Source: a virus
DNA length: 64,000 nucleotides
Direction: 5' to 3' (one strand)
IMG/VR virus record: IMGVR_UViG_3300014836_000691
Coordinates: 1-64,000 of that record
Below the pieces are notes generated by a model. It was not told the DNA's origin and did no database searches. It worked only from the letters and a program-made list of their open reading frames with translations. The translations under genes were made by a program, and so were the position numbers. Below are positions 27,566 to 37,152 of this stretch, in pieces (position 1 is the stretch's first letter; each line of letters starts with the position of its first letter).

Positions 27566-29095
27566 ATGACCGTCATACGCCTTAAAAGAGGAACTACAGA
27601 GCCTACAGCCGCCGACTTGGTGACTGGCGAACTCGCCATCAACACCTCTGATGGAAGCGTCTACACGATTACTGACGCTGGGGATGTGGTAAGCATTAAA
27701 GGCTCTACCGCCACGGCATTAGTGGCTACGGTGAGAAATGGGACAGGAGCAACGCTGACAAAGGGAACTGTGGTTTACATCACAGGGGCGAGTGGCAACA
27801 AGCCCTTAGTGGGGAAGGCACAGGCTAACGCCGAATCCACATCGGCACGAACCTACGGCATCCTGCAAGCAGACATACTTACCAATCATAATGGGACAGC
27901 GGTGCTGGCTGGTCTTTTAAGCGGTCTTGATACATCCTCTTACGCAGAAGGAACGCAACTTTACCTTTCTCCGACTGTGGCTGGTGGCATCGCCACCACA
28001 AAGCCGTCTGCCCCTAACCACATAGTTTATATTGGCGTAATCTCACGCTCACACGCAAACCAAGGGCAAATTGAAGTCCATATAAGCAATGGGTTTGAAT
28101 TGGAGGAACTCCATAATGTCTCGATTTCGAGCGTTGCGAACAACAACCTTCTTTCATACGAGTCTTCGACCAGCCTCTGGAAGAACAAGACTTTTGCCCA
28201 ACTTGGGCTGGCTACCTTAGCAAGTCCGACTTTCACAGGTTCTCCCATTGCCCCCACGCAAACAACTTCAACTAGTGGAAACACGATTGCGAACCTGTCG
28301 TATGTCTACAATGCGATTCAAGCCTACGCAGTAACACCAACCTCTCAAGGGTTTTCGGTAGGCCCTGAGTCTTACATCACCCTAACAAACAATTTAATTG
28401 CCCAAATCTCTATGACTGAGGGGGTTGAATATGGTTCGGTAAACTTCAATTACGGTTCAATGTCTGGTGTGAGTGTTGCTACGGTGATTCAAGTTTCGGA
28501 CGGCAAGATAATTTTTCCTCCCTCCTCGCACCTGCCTAGGTGGGATGCAAGGGCTATGACTGCTGGAACGAACGCCGTTGTTGAAATTAAAAAGATTGGC
28601 GGTTCTATTTACATTAGTGGCGACCTAACATTCTACCCCTATGGATACACTCTGTTTAATGCCTGTGTTGAAAATGTAGACTTGATGGATAATTACGGCA
28701 ATCTCTGGACTGGCTACTTCACCCACAGAGAAGTTGTTGCTGATGGGAACGGAGGAGAAATTACTACCGATAATCCAAACTCCAACGGATGCTGGCATCC
28801 TTACGGATTCAACTATTCCTACGAGCAGACCGATGTTCAATCCTTCAATTGGGTGGCTTACGACAATCTTGGGAACGACATTGGAAACGGCATCTTTAAC
28901 TACTCATACAGTTACACAAGCACTTTTGCTGACGGTTCTGGTGGTTCTACAAGCACAGGCGAAACCTATGGTGCTTCGGCTGGAGACGAGATTTATACCA
29001 CAAGTTACTGGGATTCCGCTGGTCAGCAATACATTTACATCAGAGTCTTATACAATGGGTATGCTTCATACTACCAAGAACAATACACTATTTAA
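27566..29095 (+). CDS. Tail fibre / receptor-binding protein
   Basis: N-terminal IRLKRG...GELAIN..DG; RN.TG..+.KG..VY; LASPTFTG.P.APT motifs. Confidence 0.75.
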   Translation: MTVIRLKRGTTEPTAADLVTGELAINTSDGSVYTITDAGDVVSIKGSTATALVATVRNGTGATLTKGTVVYITGASGNKPLVGKAQANAESTSARTYGILQADILTNHNGTAVLAGLLSGLDTSSYAEGTQLYLSPTVAGGIATTKPSAPNHIVYIGVISRSHANQGQIEVHISNGFELEELHNVSISSVANNNLLSYESSTSLWKNKTFAQLGLATLASPTFTGSPIAPTQTTSTSGNTIANLSYVYNAIQAYAVTPTSQGFSVGPESYITLTNNLIAQISMTEGVEYGSVNFNYGSMSGVSVATVIQVSDGKIIFPPSSHLPRWDARAMTAGTNAVVEIKKIGGSIYISGDLTFYPYGYTLFNACVENVDLMDNYGNLWTGYFTHREVVADGNGGEITTDNPNSNGCWHPYGFNYSYEQTDVQSFNWVAYDNLGNDIGNGIFNYSYSYTSTFADGSGGSTSTGETYGASAGDEIYTTSYWDSAGQQYIYIRVLYNGYASYYQEQYTI

Positions 29096-29098
29096 CTT

Positions 29099-29326
29099 AT
29101 GGACACACTACCTCCACTCAAAGAGTTTCCAATCCCGCAGGGATGGAACGCCCTGCTTAACCACGAAAGAAAGACCGCCCTTTTTCTGGGGAGTGTGGTT
29201 AACCCTAACGCCAAGGCAAAGAGCAGACTGGAACTGATTACTAAGGCTACGGAGAATGAGTTAAGAAGTTACATCGCTGAACTTAAATACGAACTTCTCA
29301 CGCTTCCCAAGCAAAAGCAGGTCTGA
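29099..29326 (+). CDS. Hypothetical protein (possible fibre chaperone)
   Basis: Follows fibre gene. Confidence 0.45.
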   Translation: MDTLPPLKEFPIPQGWNALLNHERKTALFLGSVVNPNAKAKSRLELITKATENELRSYIAELKYELLTLPKQKQV

Positions 29327-29360
29327 CAACCGCTAGGGGTGGACAAGCGTCCACAGATGT

Positions 29361-30161
29361 ATGCGGAGGTTGTCCACACTACTCACAGGGTTACTCACAG
29401 TCCTATTGGTAGGATGCGGCACACCCAAGAAGGAACTCCCTCCACTCCCAGAGCCAGCGGTGACGAATGGGCTTGCTGGTGCGGAGCAAGTCTTGGATAA
29501 GGCTACGGCAGAACGCCTGTCGAAAGCAGCCGCATCTGTCGGGGTCGCACACATCCTTGCGAAGAAGAACCCTCAATCTAAAAACAATGATGTGTTAGTT
29601 AACGAACTTGGACTAGCCAAGTCTCTGACTGGACACGCAGAACCGAAAGACTGGGATGAAGCCAAGAAGCGTTCTGAAGCCGCCATCGGCGGTGACCTTA
29701 CCCAAGTCTATGCCAAACTCAATGAGGAAGCCGTTGCCCTTCGCCAAAAACTGGCAGAAGCGGACAAAAAATACGAAACGGAGAAGGCGAAAAAACAAGC
29801 GGAATACGAAGCCAAACTCAAAGAGAGCGACCAGAAGATTAAGCAGGAGCAGGAAATGCGTAGGCTGGAAGCGGAAGAAGCAAGGAAAGACAAGTTCCTT
29901 TACTTGGGGGGACTTGTTTGCCTTATTGCGGCGGGTATCTTCGTCTTCGGTTCTAAGCAAGATGGGGTTGAAGCCTTCCTTGCTGGCTCGGCAATAGCCT
30001 CCCTTGGCTTCATTTGGGGACACCCCTACTTTATCTACATTGTCGGAGCGTTTGCGTTCTTGGCTTTTATCAAGGTCGCTCTCTTGCTCTTCAAGCATAA
30101 GAAGAAGAAGTCAGACTGCACGAATGGGGCATCCCAAGAGGTCAAGGAGGAGGGTAAGTGA
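29361..30161 (+). CDS. Lipoprotein with coiled coil and C-terminal TM segments (spanin-like)
   Basis: Lipobox LLVG-C; helical middle; hydrophobic C-terminal segments. Confidence 0.55.
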   Translation: MRRLSTLLTGLLTVLLVGCGTPKKELPPLPEPAVTNGLAGAEQVLDKATAERLSKAAASVGVAHILAKKNPQSKNNDVLVNELGLAKSLTGHAEPKDWDEAKKRSEAAIGGDLTQVYAKLNEEAVALRQKLAEADKKYETEKAKKQAEYEAKLKESDQKIKQEQEMRRLEAEEARKDKFLYLGGLVCLIAAGIFVFGSKQDGVEAFLAGSAIASLGFIWGHPYFIYIVGAFAFLAFIKVALLLFKHKKKKSDCTNGASQEVKEEGK

Positions 30162-30526
30162 GTCCTCCCCCTCCAACGCAACTTAACCCGAACGACCTGC
30201 CTCCAGAGGTCAAAGATGGACTTCTTGGTGCTATCCTAGGCGGGCTGGGGATGGCGGCTCGTATGCTTCTCTCCACAGAGCCTGTGTCATTAGGCTTTGT
30301 TGTTCGCCGTTTCTTAGCCGCCAGCATTACGGCTATGTTTGTGGGACTGGCTACCAAAGACCACTTCCAATCCACAGGACTCTGGTTAGCCACCGCAGGT
30401 GGTAGCGGTTACGCCGCACCAGAAGTCACCGATTACCTCATACGCTATGTAAAGGCTAAGGGGGAAGCAAAAATCAAAGAGGCAAAAGGTCGTGTCAAAA
30501 CGAAATCCAAAAGAGGACGCAAATAA
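30158..30526 (+). CDS. Holin (putative)
   Basis: 2-3 hydrophobic segments, GGSGY.A.E motif, highly basic C-terminus. Confidence 0.65.
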   Translation: MSPPPPTQLNPNDLPPEVKDGLLGAILGGLGMAARMLLSTEPVSLGFVVRRFLAASITAMFVGLATKDHFQSTGLWLATAGGSGYAAPEVTDYLIRYVKAKGEAKIKEAKGRVKTKSKRGRK

Positions 30527-30818
30527 CAACCTGCTGTGGATAATCTCCACGCTTATCTTTATCTCTCTCATCTCTTCTGGCTTCACCGCCTACGCCTGTG
30601 ATTATGTCCTCAGTTCTTTCCAGAACAGCAATACGATGGTTCTGCTTATCACCGATGCTGGCCTCAAGTCTGATGATGCTAATCTTGAACGCCAACTTAC
30701 TACGGCTACTAAATCGCTTATTTTTCTTCGGGATATCGCTCTTGCGGTCTTAGTCGGAACGGCTATGGTGATTACCACGATGGGGCTTAGGGTGTGGAAA
30801 TCCAAGTCCCAAGGTTGA
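30492..30818 (+). CDS. Two-TM membrane protein, lysis cluster
   Basis: Two hydrophobic helices. Confidence 0.55.
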   Translation: MSKRNPKEDANNNLLWIISTLIFISLISSGFTAYACDYVLSSFQNSNTMVLLITDAGLKSDDANLERQLTTATKSLIFLRDIALAVLVGTAMVITTMGLRVWKSKSQG

Positions 30819-30832
30819 CACGCCCCAAAAGG

Positions 30833-30918
30833 CGTTAGTCGTTTGTGTGTTGTGTCGTGTAAACGGACTAGTCGTGCAGTCCTGTTATGTAGCCGCCGCA
30901 GGGCGGCTGCTTTTTTTT
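30833..30918 (+). ncRNA. Putative small RNA with GU-rich loop
   Basis: TTGAC-N6-CAA at 30814; hairpin TAGTCGTTT/AAACGGACTA; terminator at 3' end; no credible ORF. Confidence 0.5.
30889..30918 (+). terminator. Rho-independent terminator
   Basis: GTAGCCGCC-GCAG-GGCGGCTGC-T8. Confidence 0.85.
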
Positions 30919-31234
30919 AACGCTTCAAGATTCCCCAAGCCACCTCATTATGCTGGTGCGAGGCTTCGATGTGAACCTTGGCGTGAGCCAGCGAACCAGT
31001 CCGCAGGGCTTCCGTTAAGTCCATCTCTGCCTTGGTCAGACGAGCGAACAGAACATCCTGCTGGTCGTCCGAGGGGGCGAACTTGTTGGCGTTCTCCAAA
31101 GCCCATCTAGCATTGTCTGCTTCTTCGGTGATTGCGTAAAGGTTCTGTAGAGCCTTCTTCGCAAGTTCAGCACTCTCAGCCGCCTGTGCGACTGCGATGT
31201 ATGCCTCCTTGATTTGGGCTGATGTTATTTTCAT
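30917..31234 (-). CDS. Hypothetical helical protein
   Basis: ORF with plausible composition. Confidence 0.6.
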   Translation of the reverse strand: MKITSAQIKEAYIAVAQAAESAELAKKALQNLYAITEEADNARWALENANKFAPSDDQQDVLFARLTKAEMDLTEALRTGSLAHAKVHIEASHQHNEVAWGILKR

Positions 31235-31278
31235 ACGCTTGGGTATTTGTCAACTTGTAGCCGTTTTGTTCAGTCGAG

Positions 31279-31671
31279 TCAAGCCCTTGGTTTGGCAACC
31301 AGACTCTGTGCTTCCTCTACGGACATTTGGCAGTCCTGCATATACCCATTCGTCTTACGCCCTGTGATTAGCATATCACCATAGATAGGAGTAAGCGTCC
31401 CTGCGATACGGCAGAAGGAAACAGGCAGGGGGAAATACTCGTTGAACTGGTCGTCAGAGAACCACAGACGCTCCCCATTCCCTACTTCGTGGCAGTCTAG
31501 GTCTTCATACTCTCCCTTGTTCTTGAACCAGCGTAGCACGAACCTCTGTGCTTGGTCTTCCTTCATCCAGCGGGTGTCGATGATTACTTCCTCAGCCGTC
31601 TTGGTTTCCCCATTGATGTAGATACACCTAGTGGTCTTGAGTTCGTGTGCGGGTCGTCCTCCTTTGGGCAT
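31279..31671 (-). CDS. Hypothetical protein
   Basis: ACGACT-ATG leader. Confidence 0.6.
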   Translation of the reverse strand: MPKGGRPAHELKTTRCIYINGETKTAEEVIIDTRWMKEDQAQRFVLRWFKNKGEYEDLDCHEVGNGERLWFSDDQFNEYFPLPVSFCRIAGTLTPIYGDMLITGRKTNGYMQDCQMSVEEAQSLVAKPRA

Positions 31672-31682
31672 AGTCGTAAGGG

Positions 31683-32012
31683 TTACTTGTTCTGGGCGAG
31701 CCAGAGTTCAATCGCTTCCGTGAGGGCTTGGCGAAGGGTCGTGTCGTTGACCTTGATAGTGTTCTTGAACTCAGCCACAAGGTCGTTGGGCAGAGGGCTA
31801 GCAACCGTGGTAAGGTTGTTTCGCTTCTTCCACTCCAGTTGGCGAAGGGAGTTCACGGTGGAGGCTTCGCCCGCATCAGCCCTAGACTTTGCGGTTAGCC
31901 CATTAGCCATCCTAGCCCCTTCGTCTTTACCTTTGCTGTAGCCCGCCATATAGGAGTGCTGGCTAGCGTAGAGTCGGGATTCGGGATTTTTGCGGAGGTC
32001 GATTTTTTCCAT
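31683..32012 (-). CDS. Ribbon-helix-helix-like protein
   Basis: C-terminal VASPLPNDLVAEFK...LRQALTEAIELW. Confidence 0.5.
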   Translation of the reverse strand: MEKIDLRKNPESRLYASQHSYMAGYSKGKDEGARMANGLTAKSRADAGEASTVNSLRQLEWKKRNNLTTVASPLPNDLVAEFKNTIKVNDTTLRQALTEAIELWLAQNK

Positions 32013-32057
32013 AGGTCGTGTCTATGCTTTATGTTCTATCCGAAGGGTGAACATATG

Positions 32058-32744
32058 TCAAGCATCAATTTCTCCAATGGCTTCCTTACGCTCTTTGGTG
32101 AGTCGATAGACAGTCCAACTTGAAACATCGTAGTCCTCAGAAATCTCTTTGACGGAGCATCCGTCTACCTCACGGAGACGAATCCACTCGTCTACGACTT
32201 CTGGCTTAACTTGGTTATGCCCATTCACAAACTCGTAAATGTCCTGCACCTTGGCAATCTTACCCCAAGCCCGCCCGCCGAGGTTAGGGATAGGCGAGCC
32301 AGCCTTACGGCAACGCTTGATGTTGCCCCAGATAGTTGCCACAGGCAGACCGTAGCGTTCAGAGAGGGTGTCCACGCCATCCCCATTCACAAACTGATGA
32401 AGCAGGGTGTCGAACATCTGACCGAACTCCTTGGTTTGCTGTTCTTCGTGCGTAGCAGGAACAACCCAATACTTGTAACCACTAGCGGGGTCAAACTTGT
32501 TGGACTTAAAGCCCCCATTCTTAGCAGGGATAACCAGTCCCACTCTACGCAGGTAGCGTTTGACGCTATCGAACGACTTTTCGTTCACGCCGTGCATACG
32601 GCAAGCCTCCGAGTGCATCTTACCGTTGTCGATAATATCAATCAGAACAAGGTCGTAAGCCTTGGCTCGCTCTTGATTGAAGCCCCGCCAATCCTGCAAG
32701 GCAAGGGGAGGCATTTGGAAGTATTTGTATTGTGTGTCGTGCAT
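32058..32744 (-). CDS. Multi-HTH DNA-binding protein
   Basis: HTH-like units (EACRMHGVN; LSERYGLP; ISEDYDVSSWTVYRL). Confidence 0.6.
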   Translation of the reverse strand: MHDTQYKYFQMPPLALQDWRGFNQERAKAYDLVLIDIIDNGKMHSEACRMHGVNEKSFDSVKRYLRRVGLVIPAKNGGFKSNKFDPASGYKYWVVPATHEEQQTKEFGQMFDTLLHQFVNGDGVDTLSERYGLPVATIWGNIKRCRKAGSPIPNLGGRAWGKIAKVQDIYEFVNGHNQVKPEVVDEWIRLREVDGCSVKEISEDYDVSSWTVYRLTKERKEAIGEIDA

Positions 32745-33076
32745 CGGGTTATGTTATGAATGGGTAGTGAACGCCTGTCAACTTAATTCTTGTGGCACAG
32801 ATGCCACCAGCCGTTTTTGGCTACACACCAGCGAGCGAGAGCCACGACCATCCGTCCACCCTTCCCATCGTCCGCACAGACGACAGCAGAGGGCGACAGG
32901 GGCATCAGCCCCTTCGGGGTGAGCGTGTGAACCTTTCCTTGGAAACCAAGGACGACAGGCATCGGGTTGAATAGTCTAAGGTGCTTCATTACCCATTACT
33001 CTATCACAAACATTTGTCTTTGCAACAACTATTTCTGAACGCTTGTATTTTTTATCGTTGACTTCTCAACCTGCTT

Positions 33077-33382
33077 GTGAATGCTAGGTCTACTGTGACC
33101 TTCCTAATCAAAACGGCTATCTTCGATTCGACCTCTCCCGCCCCCTTCACGAACAAGGAGGACGGACGCAACTTTGTGGTAGATGCTGATACCTATGACC
33201 ACGCCTTTGTCAAGGTAACTGCCTTCCTTACGGCTAACCAGCCCGCCCTTGCTAGGAATAATCTGGATGGGGAGAAGATTGAGTTCCCTATTTACGACTC
33301 TAACGCCGAGGCGTTCATCAACGCCAGCCACGCCATCTTGGAGATTGCCGAGGACAAGCGTTGCGAAAACATCCGACTCTGA
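33077..33382 (+). CDS. Hypothetical protein
   Basis: First ORF of rightward early block (start uncertain). Confidence 0.5.
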   Translation: MNARSTVTFLIKTAIFDSTSPAPFTNKEDGRNFVVDADTYDHAFVKVTAFLTANQPALARNNLDGEKIEFPIYDSNAEAFINASHAILEIAEDKRCENIRL

Positions 33383-33395
33383 CCACAAGACACAA

Positions 33396-33623
33396 ATGAC
33401 CATCGAACAAGCCAACAAAGTCGCACAGACCGCCAGTCGCCTCGCCAGCCTTCTGCAAGTCTGGGAGCAGGTGAACGGAATCAATAAGAGTCTTAGGGCT
33501 GACGCTTCCCCTGCTACCCATCAGCAATCCGTTACCCTCTTGGCTTCCATCTGTGGCGACATTATCAAGACCAAGGATGAACTCGACTCGCTTGAAGGCA
33601 GGAAAGAAGAAAAGGACGCTTGA
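33396..33623 (+). CDS. Hypothetical protein
   Basis: ATG after AC-rich leader. Confidence 0.5.
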   Translation: MTIEQANKVAQTASRLASLLQVWEQVNGINKSLRADASPATHQQSVTLLASICGDIIKTKDELDSLEGRKEEKDA

Positions 33624-33846
33624 CAAAGCCAAGAGGTTGCATAGGATACATCGTATGAAAGCAAAAATCTCCAACGCCGAAGTTGCTAAAAGCATTCGCA
33701 AGATGGGTAACCGTCCTTCTATTGCCTTTACCTCTAAGGTCAAAAAGTTCAACCGCACCGCTTGGAAGCGGGAAGCCGAGTGAGCGAGTTTGTCTGTGCA
33801 TTACTAACCGTCCTTCTATTCTACAAAATCTTCCGTATATAACCAA

Positions 33847-34035
33847 ATGAGCAAAGCACTATACCGCCGTCTCCACACCTTCAAAAAGGCTTACCACCTT
33901 GCGAAGCACCACGCCAAGAACGCCGTCAACGATGCCTACGACCAGCGACAGATGGAATACTACAAGTCGCTCGCCAAGGCTTGGGCTAAGTCCCCATCCG
34001 AACTGGCAAAGGTCGAGGCTCTTGTTGTCGCCTAA
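33847..34035 (+). CDS. Hypothetical protein
   Basis: ORF with phage codon usage. Confidence 0.55.
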   Translation: MSKALYRRLHTFKKAYHLAKHHAKNAVNDAYDQRQMEYYKSLAKAWAKSPSELAKVEALVVA

Positions 34036-34059
34036 TTTTCCAACCCAAACACACACACA

Positions 34060-34314
34060 ATGAAAAAGAAGCAAGTCAACGAAGTCGTATCCATCAAGCG
34101 ATACATCAAGTCGGTTAAGTCCAAACTGAAGGTCGCTAAGGTGGTTCGCAAGCACCGCCCCGCCATCCTCCTCATTCGCTTCAAGGCGGGTGAAGAAGCC
34201 TACAAGGTTCGGAACTTCCTGTCCGAAATCCGCAACCGTGGTGGTCGCAAGGTGTCCGCACACTTCCTTCGCCAAGCGGTTTTCGAGGCTATCGAGAAGG
34301 TCAAGGCTCTCTGA
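34060..34314 (+). CDS. Basic hypothetical protein
   Basis: ATG after ACACACACA. Confidence 0.55.
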   Translation: MKKKQVNEVVSIKRYIKSVKSKLKVAKVVRKHRPAILLIRFKAGEEAYKVRNFLSEIRNRGGRKVSAHFLRQAVFEAIEKVKAL

Positions 34315-34395
34315 GCCTACCTTCCGTAGTCCAGTCAATGCAATGGGGCTTGCAGGGTGGTTGACACTTTGCAAGCACTTGCAAACACACACGCT

Positions 34396-34602
34396 ATGAA
34401 AAAGTCTCTTAGAGATACCGAAAAGACCGAAGCCCAAAAGGAAGCCATCCGCAAGGCGGCTAAAATCCTTGGTCGAATGGGTGGTATGGCTGGCACAGGT
34501 GAAGCCAAGCGTAGACCTTCCGAGGTCTGCCGAGCCGCCGTCAATAAGCGGTGGGATGCTTACCGCCTCCAAAAAGGAAACAGCGACAAGATTAAGTCCT
34601 AA
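34396..34602 (+). CDS. Small basic protein, AA..LGR.GG...AA..RW type
   Basis: AAKILGRMGG...RAAVNKRW. Confidence 0.55.
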   Translation: MKKSLRDTEKTEAQKEAIRKAAKILGRMGGMAGTGEAKRRPSEVCRAAVNKRWDAYRLQKGNSDKIKS

Positions 34603-34832
34603 TGTATATCTGGGATGTATTCTGTCAAATCGCCTTGGCGATTGGCTTAACCACCTTTCTCTTGGTTTCTGTAATGGGGGTTATCTACACGATATCCGTC
34701 TGGAAGTCCTACCTTGAACTGTGGAAGGCTCGAAAGATTTGGATTAGATTCACCAAGCAGGACGAAAGATTCCAGCAACACGCACGATACAATGACGCAG
34801 ACGAAGAAGAAAGAGCGAGTAAGAAAGATTAA
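34602..34832 (+). CDS. Small membrane protein
   Basis: N-terminal TM helix. Confidence 0.5.
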   Translation: MYIWDVFCQIALAIGLTTFLLVSVMGVIYTISVWKSYLELWKARKIWIRFTKQDERFQQHARYNDADEEERASKKD

Positions 34833-35182
34833 GGAGTCCGCTAGGGCTTATGGATACTGGTTGGTTAACCCAACCTTCTCCAAGACCGAAGTTTGCAACT
34901 TCTTCAAGGTTCAGTTGGACGACCTTGCCTACTGGATGAAGGTGAATGGGAAGCCACGCCCAGACGGTAAGGTTGTCGGTAAGGGGTCGCCTAGGCAGGT
35001 CGCCCTTCGCCACGCCTACGAGTCTGCAATCGAGCAGAAACAGGACTTGGAATGGGCATTGGCATTAGCCAAGAAGTCCTTTAGTTCTATCAGTAGAGGC
35101 GATATCTGCTACTACTGGATTAAGAACGAACTCGCACCACTTCCCGAAGGCACTCGCCTCAACCGACTTTCCGCAACAAAAT

Positions 35183-35506
35183 ATGGCTAATACAAACGAA
35201 GACCCCGCAAACAATGATGTATTCACGCAGGGCGGTGAACACGGCTTCATTGGCAAACCAGTAATCGCCTACAACATTATCTTTGATGAGGAGGCAGAAC
35301 TTAAGACATTCTACGCCTTTATCAGAGCGTTGAAAAAGCGTTACCCGCAGACGAGGATTATTGGTTCTCGCATCAACCAGTATCTCAAGGACGAGTTCTT
35401 TAAGGAACAAGCCCAAGACCTCATTCCTGCAACCCCGAAGAAGCGTGGTCGCAAGCCCAAGGTCGTGGAGGCTACTGAGCCAGCCGAAGAACCCTCTCAG
35501 CCGTGA
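35183..35506 (+). CDS. Hypothetical protein
   Basis: ORF with PKKRGRKPK (AT-hook-like) tail. Confidence 0.55.
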   Translation: MANTNEDPANNDVFTQGGEHGFIGKPVIAYNIIFDEEAELKTFYAFIRALKKRYPQTRIIGSRINQYLKDEFFKEQAQDLIPATPKKRGRKPKVVEATEPAEEPSQP

Positions 35507-35754
35507 GCGACAACCTTCAGCGGATGAAGGAAGCCCAGTATGAATGGGCTATGAAGGAGAATGTTAGGCTCAACGAAACTCGCCACAAGTGGGAGAAGCG
35601 TGTTGAAAGTCTCCTTGAGGCTGGCAACTCCCTTGCCCTGCGACTGCAAGACTTTGAGCCAGACAATCCCGCTATTCAGATGTGGATTAGATTCGCATCT
35701 GGCGAACAGAAACCCATTGACAATAACCATCATAACAACTAAAACCTTAGCACG

Positions 35755-35973
35755 ATGAACAGACGACCAATCACGCAACGCCAAATCGTTGCTCTTGAAG
35801 TAATCAAGAATTACACCCAGAAGAAGGGATACCCGCCCTCTGTGCGTGATATCTGTGAGCAAATGGGTAATATTTCGCCCAACGCCGTCCAGAAATATCT
35901 GGTTGGCTTGGAGCAAATCGGCAAGATTCGCCGTAGCCCCAAGATTGCTCGCTCCATCGTTGTCGTTTCTTAA
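35755..35973 (+). CDS. LexA-type winged-HTH DNA-binding domain (no peptidase domain)
   Basis: T.RQ...L..I......GYPPSVRDI...G..SPNAV..YL..LE..G.IRR....ARSI. Confidence 0.85.
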   Translation: MNRRPITQRQIVALEVIKNYTQKKGYPPSVRDICEQMGNISPNAVQKYLVGLEQIGKIRRSPKIARSIVVVS

Positions 35974-36272
35974 TGGACACCGTTCAGAAGAGACAACAAA
36001 AGTTTGGACAGCAAAAGGATGGACTTGAGTCCAAGTTGCTGGAGAGCAGTTTTGTGAATGGGGGTTCTTACAAGGACTACCAAATGTTTTTTAAGCCGTT
36101 CTACGGAGAGGGCGAAAGCCCTACCGTGACCTATTGCTGGGTCGCCTTTAACTACGATAGGATGGAGCGTTTTGAACGCTTCGTAAATTGTGGGAGCAAC
36201 ACCAACACCGTCCACAACGAGGGATTGGTGTATGGGGACTTTTTCCGAACCATAAATAATAAAATCCAATGA
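35973..36272 (+). CDS. Hypothetical protein
   Basis: TAATG-coupled. Confidence 0.5.
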   Translation: MDTVQKRQQKFGQQKDGLESKLLESSFVNGGSYKDYQMFFKPFYGEGESPTVTYCWVAFNYDRMERFERFVNCGSNTNTVHNEGLVYGDFFRTINNKIQ

Positions 36273-36510
36273 ACGAAAATCCCGAATACAAAGATTCCAT
36301 CAAAACCCCCTACAACAAGATGCAAAAGTTCAAGGAATACAATGAGTTCAGAGAGCCTTCCTTTTCGGACAAGTTCCGCATCAGAGAGCGACTCTTTACC
36401 TTCCTGCATTTCGTTATCGGCTTCTACATCGGCAATAACTTCGACCAACTGAAGTCGAACTGGGAACTCATCGCCCTTGCCGTTGTGTCCTCGCTTTACG
36501 CACAGAAGTT

Positions 36511-36918
36511 GTGGAAGTAAGCCCAGACCGTAAAAGGTTCTGGGGTTTTATAAAAAAGCGTATGCTCAAGTGGAACTTTAAAACTCAACTTGAGAATGGG
36601 GTGGAGTATGTTCAAGTGGAAGAAGCCGATGCTGTGGTTAACAGGCTTATCGAACTTGGTGACGCTATGTCGCTAGAGATGATGACTGCTATGCTACAGG
36701 GTTACATCGAGCCACGCTTCGTTTCAGCCCACGACCAATACCAGAAGTTTGTGTATTCTGAGGGCTTTGTAAAAGCCCCCTCCCCCAAAACGCTACCTCC
36801 TTTCTCAATTAAAAAGAAATCAACCAACCCCATCAATGTCTCCAAAGGAATACCAACCCAAAACAACAGGAATAGACCGTCTAAGGCGGTCAGTAGGCGT
36901 ATCGACAAGAAGGCTTAA
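36511..36918 (+). CDS. Hypothetical protein
   Basis: ORF in operon. Confidence 0.45.
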   Translation: MEVSPDRKRFWGFIKKRMLKWNFKTQLENGVEYVQVEEADAVVNRLIELGDAMSLEMMTAMLQGYIEPRFVSAHDQYQKFVYSEGFVKAPSPKTLPPFSIKKKSTNPINVSKGIPTQNNRNRPSKAVSRRIDKKA

Positions 36919-37152
36919 AAAGAATCCTAACGGATACGGCGACAACTGGAATGTCTGTATGCCCCATTCAGCCGCCGAAGAAGCCGTCCGTGAGGTGGAC
37001 GAACTGAACAATCGCATCAAGAACTTGAAGGTTCTTGGGAACATCCTTTGGACACACCTCGCCAACCTACCCGAACCCCAAATTAACGAACAGATGAAAT
37101 GGGACTTGAAGTATTGGGTAGAACTGTGCAATAAACGCTAACCAACCCTACT

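Noticed and set aside
32032-32053. TGTTC...GAACA inverted repeat as a LexA box
   Set aside because: Spacer is 12 nt rather than the 4 nt of the reported Verrucomicrobia-type box; single instance.
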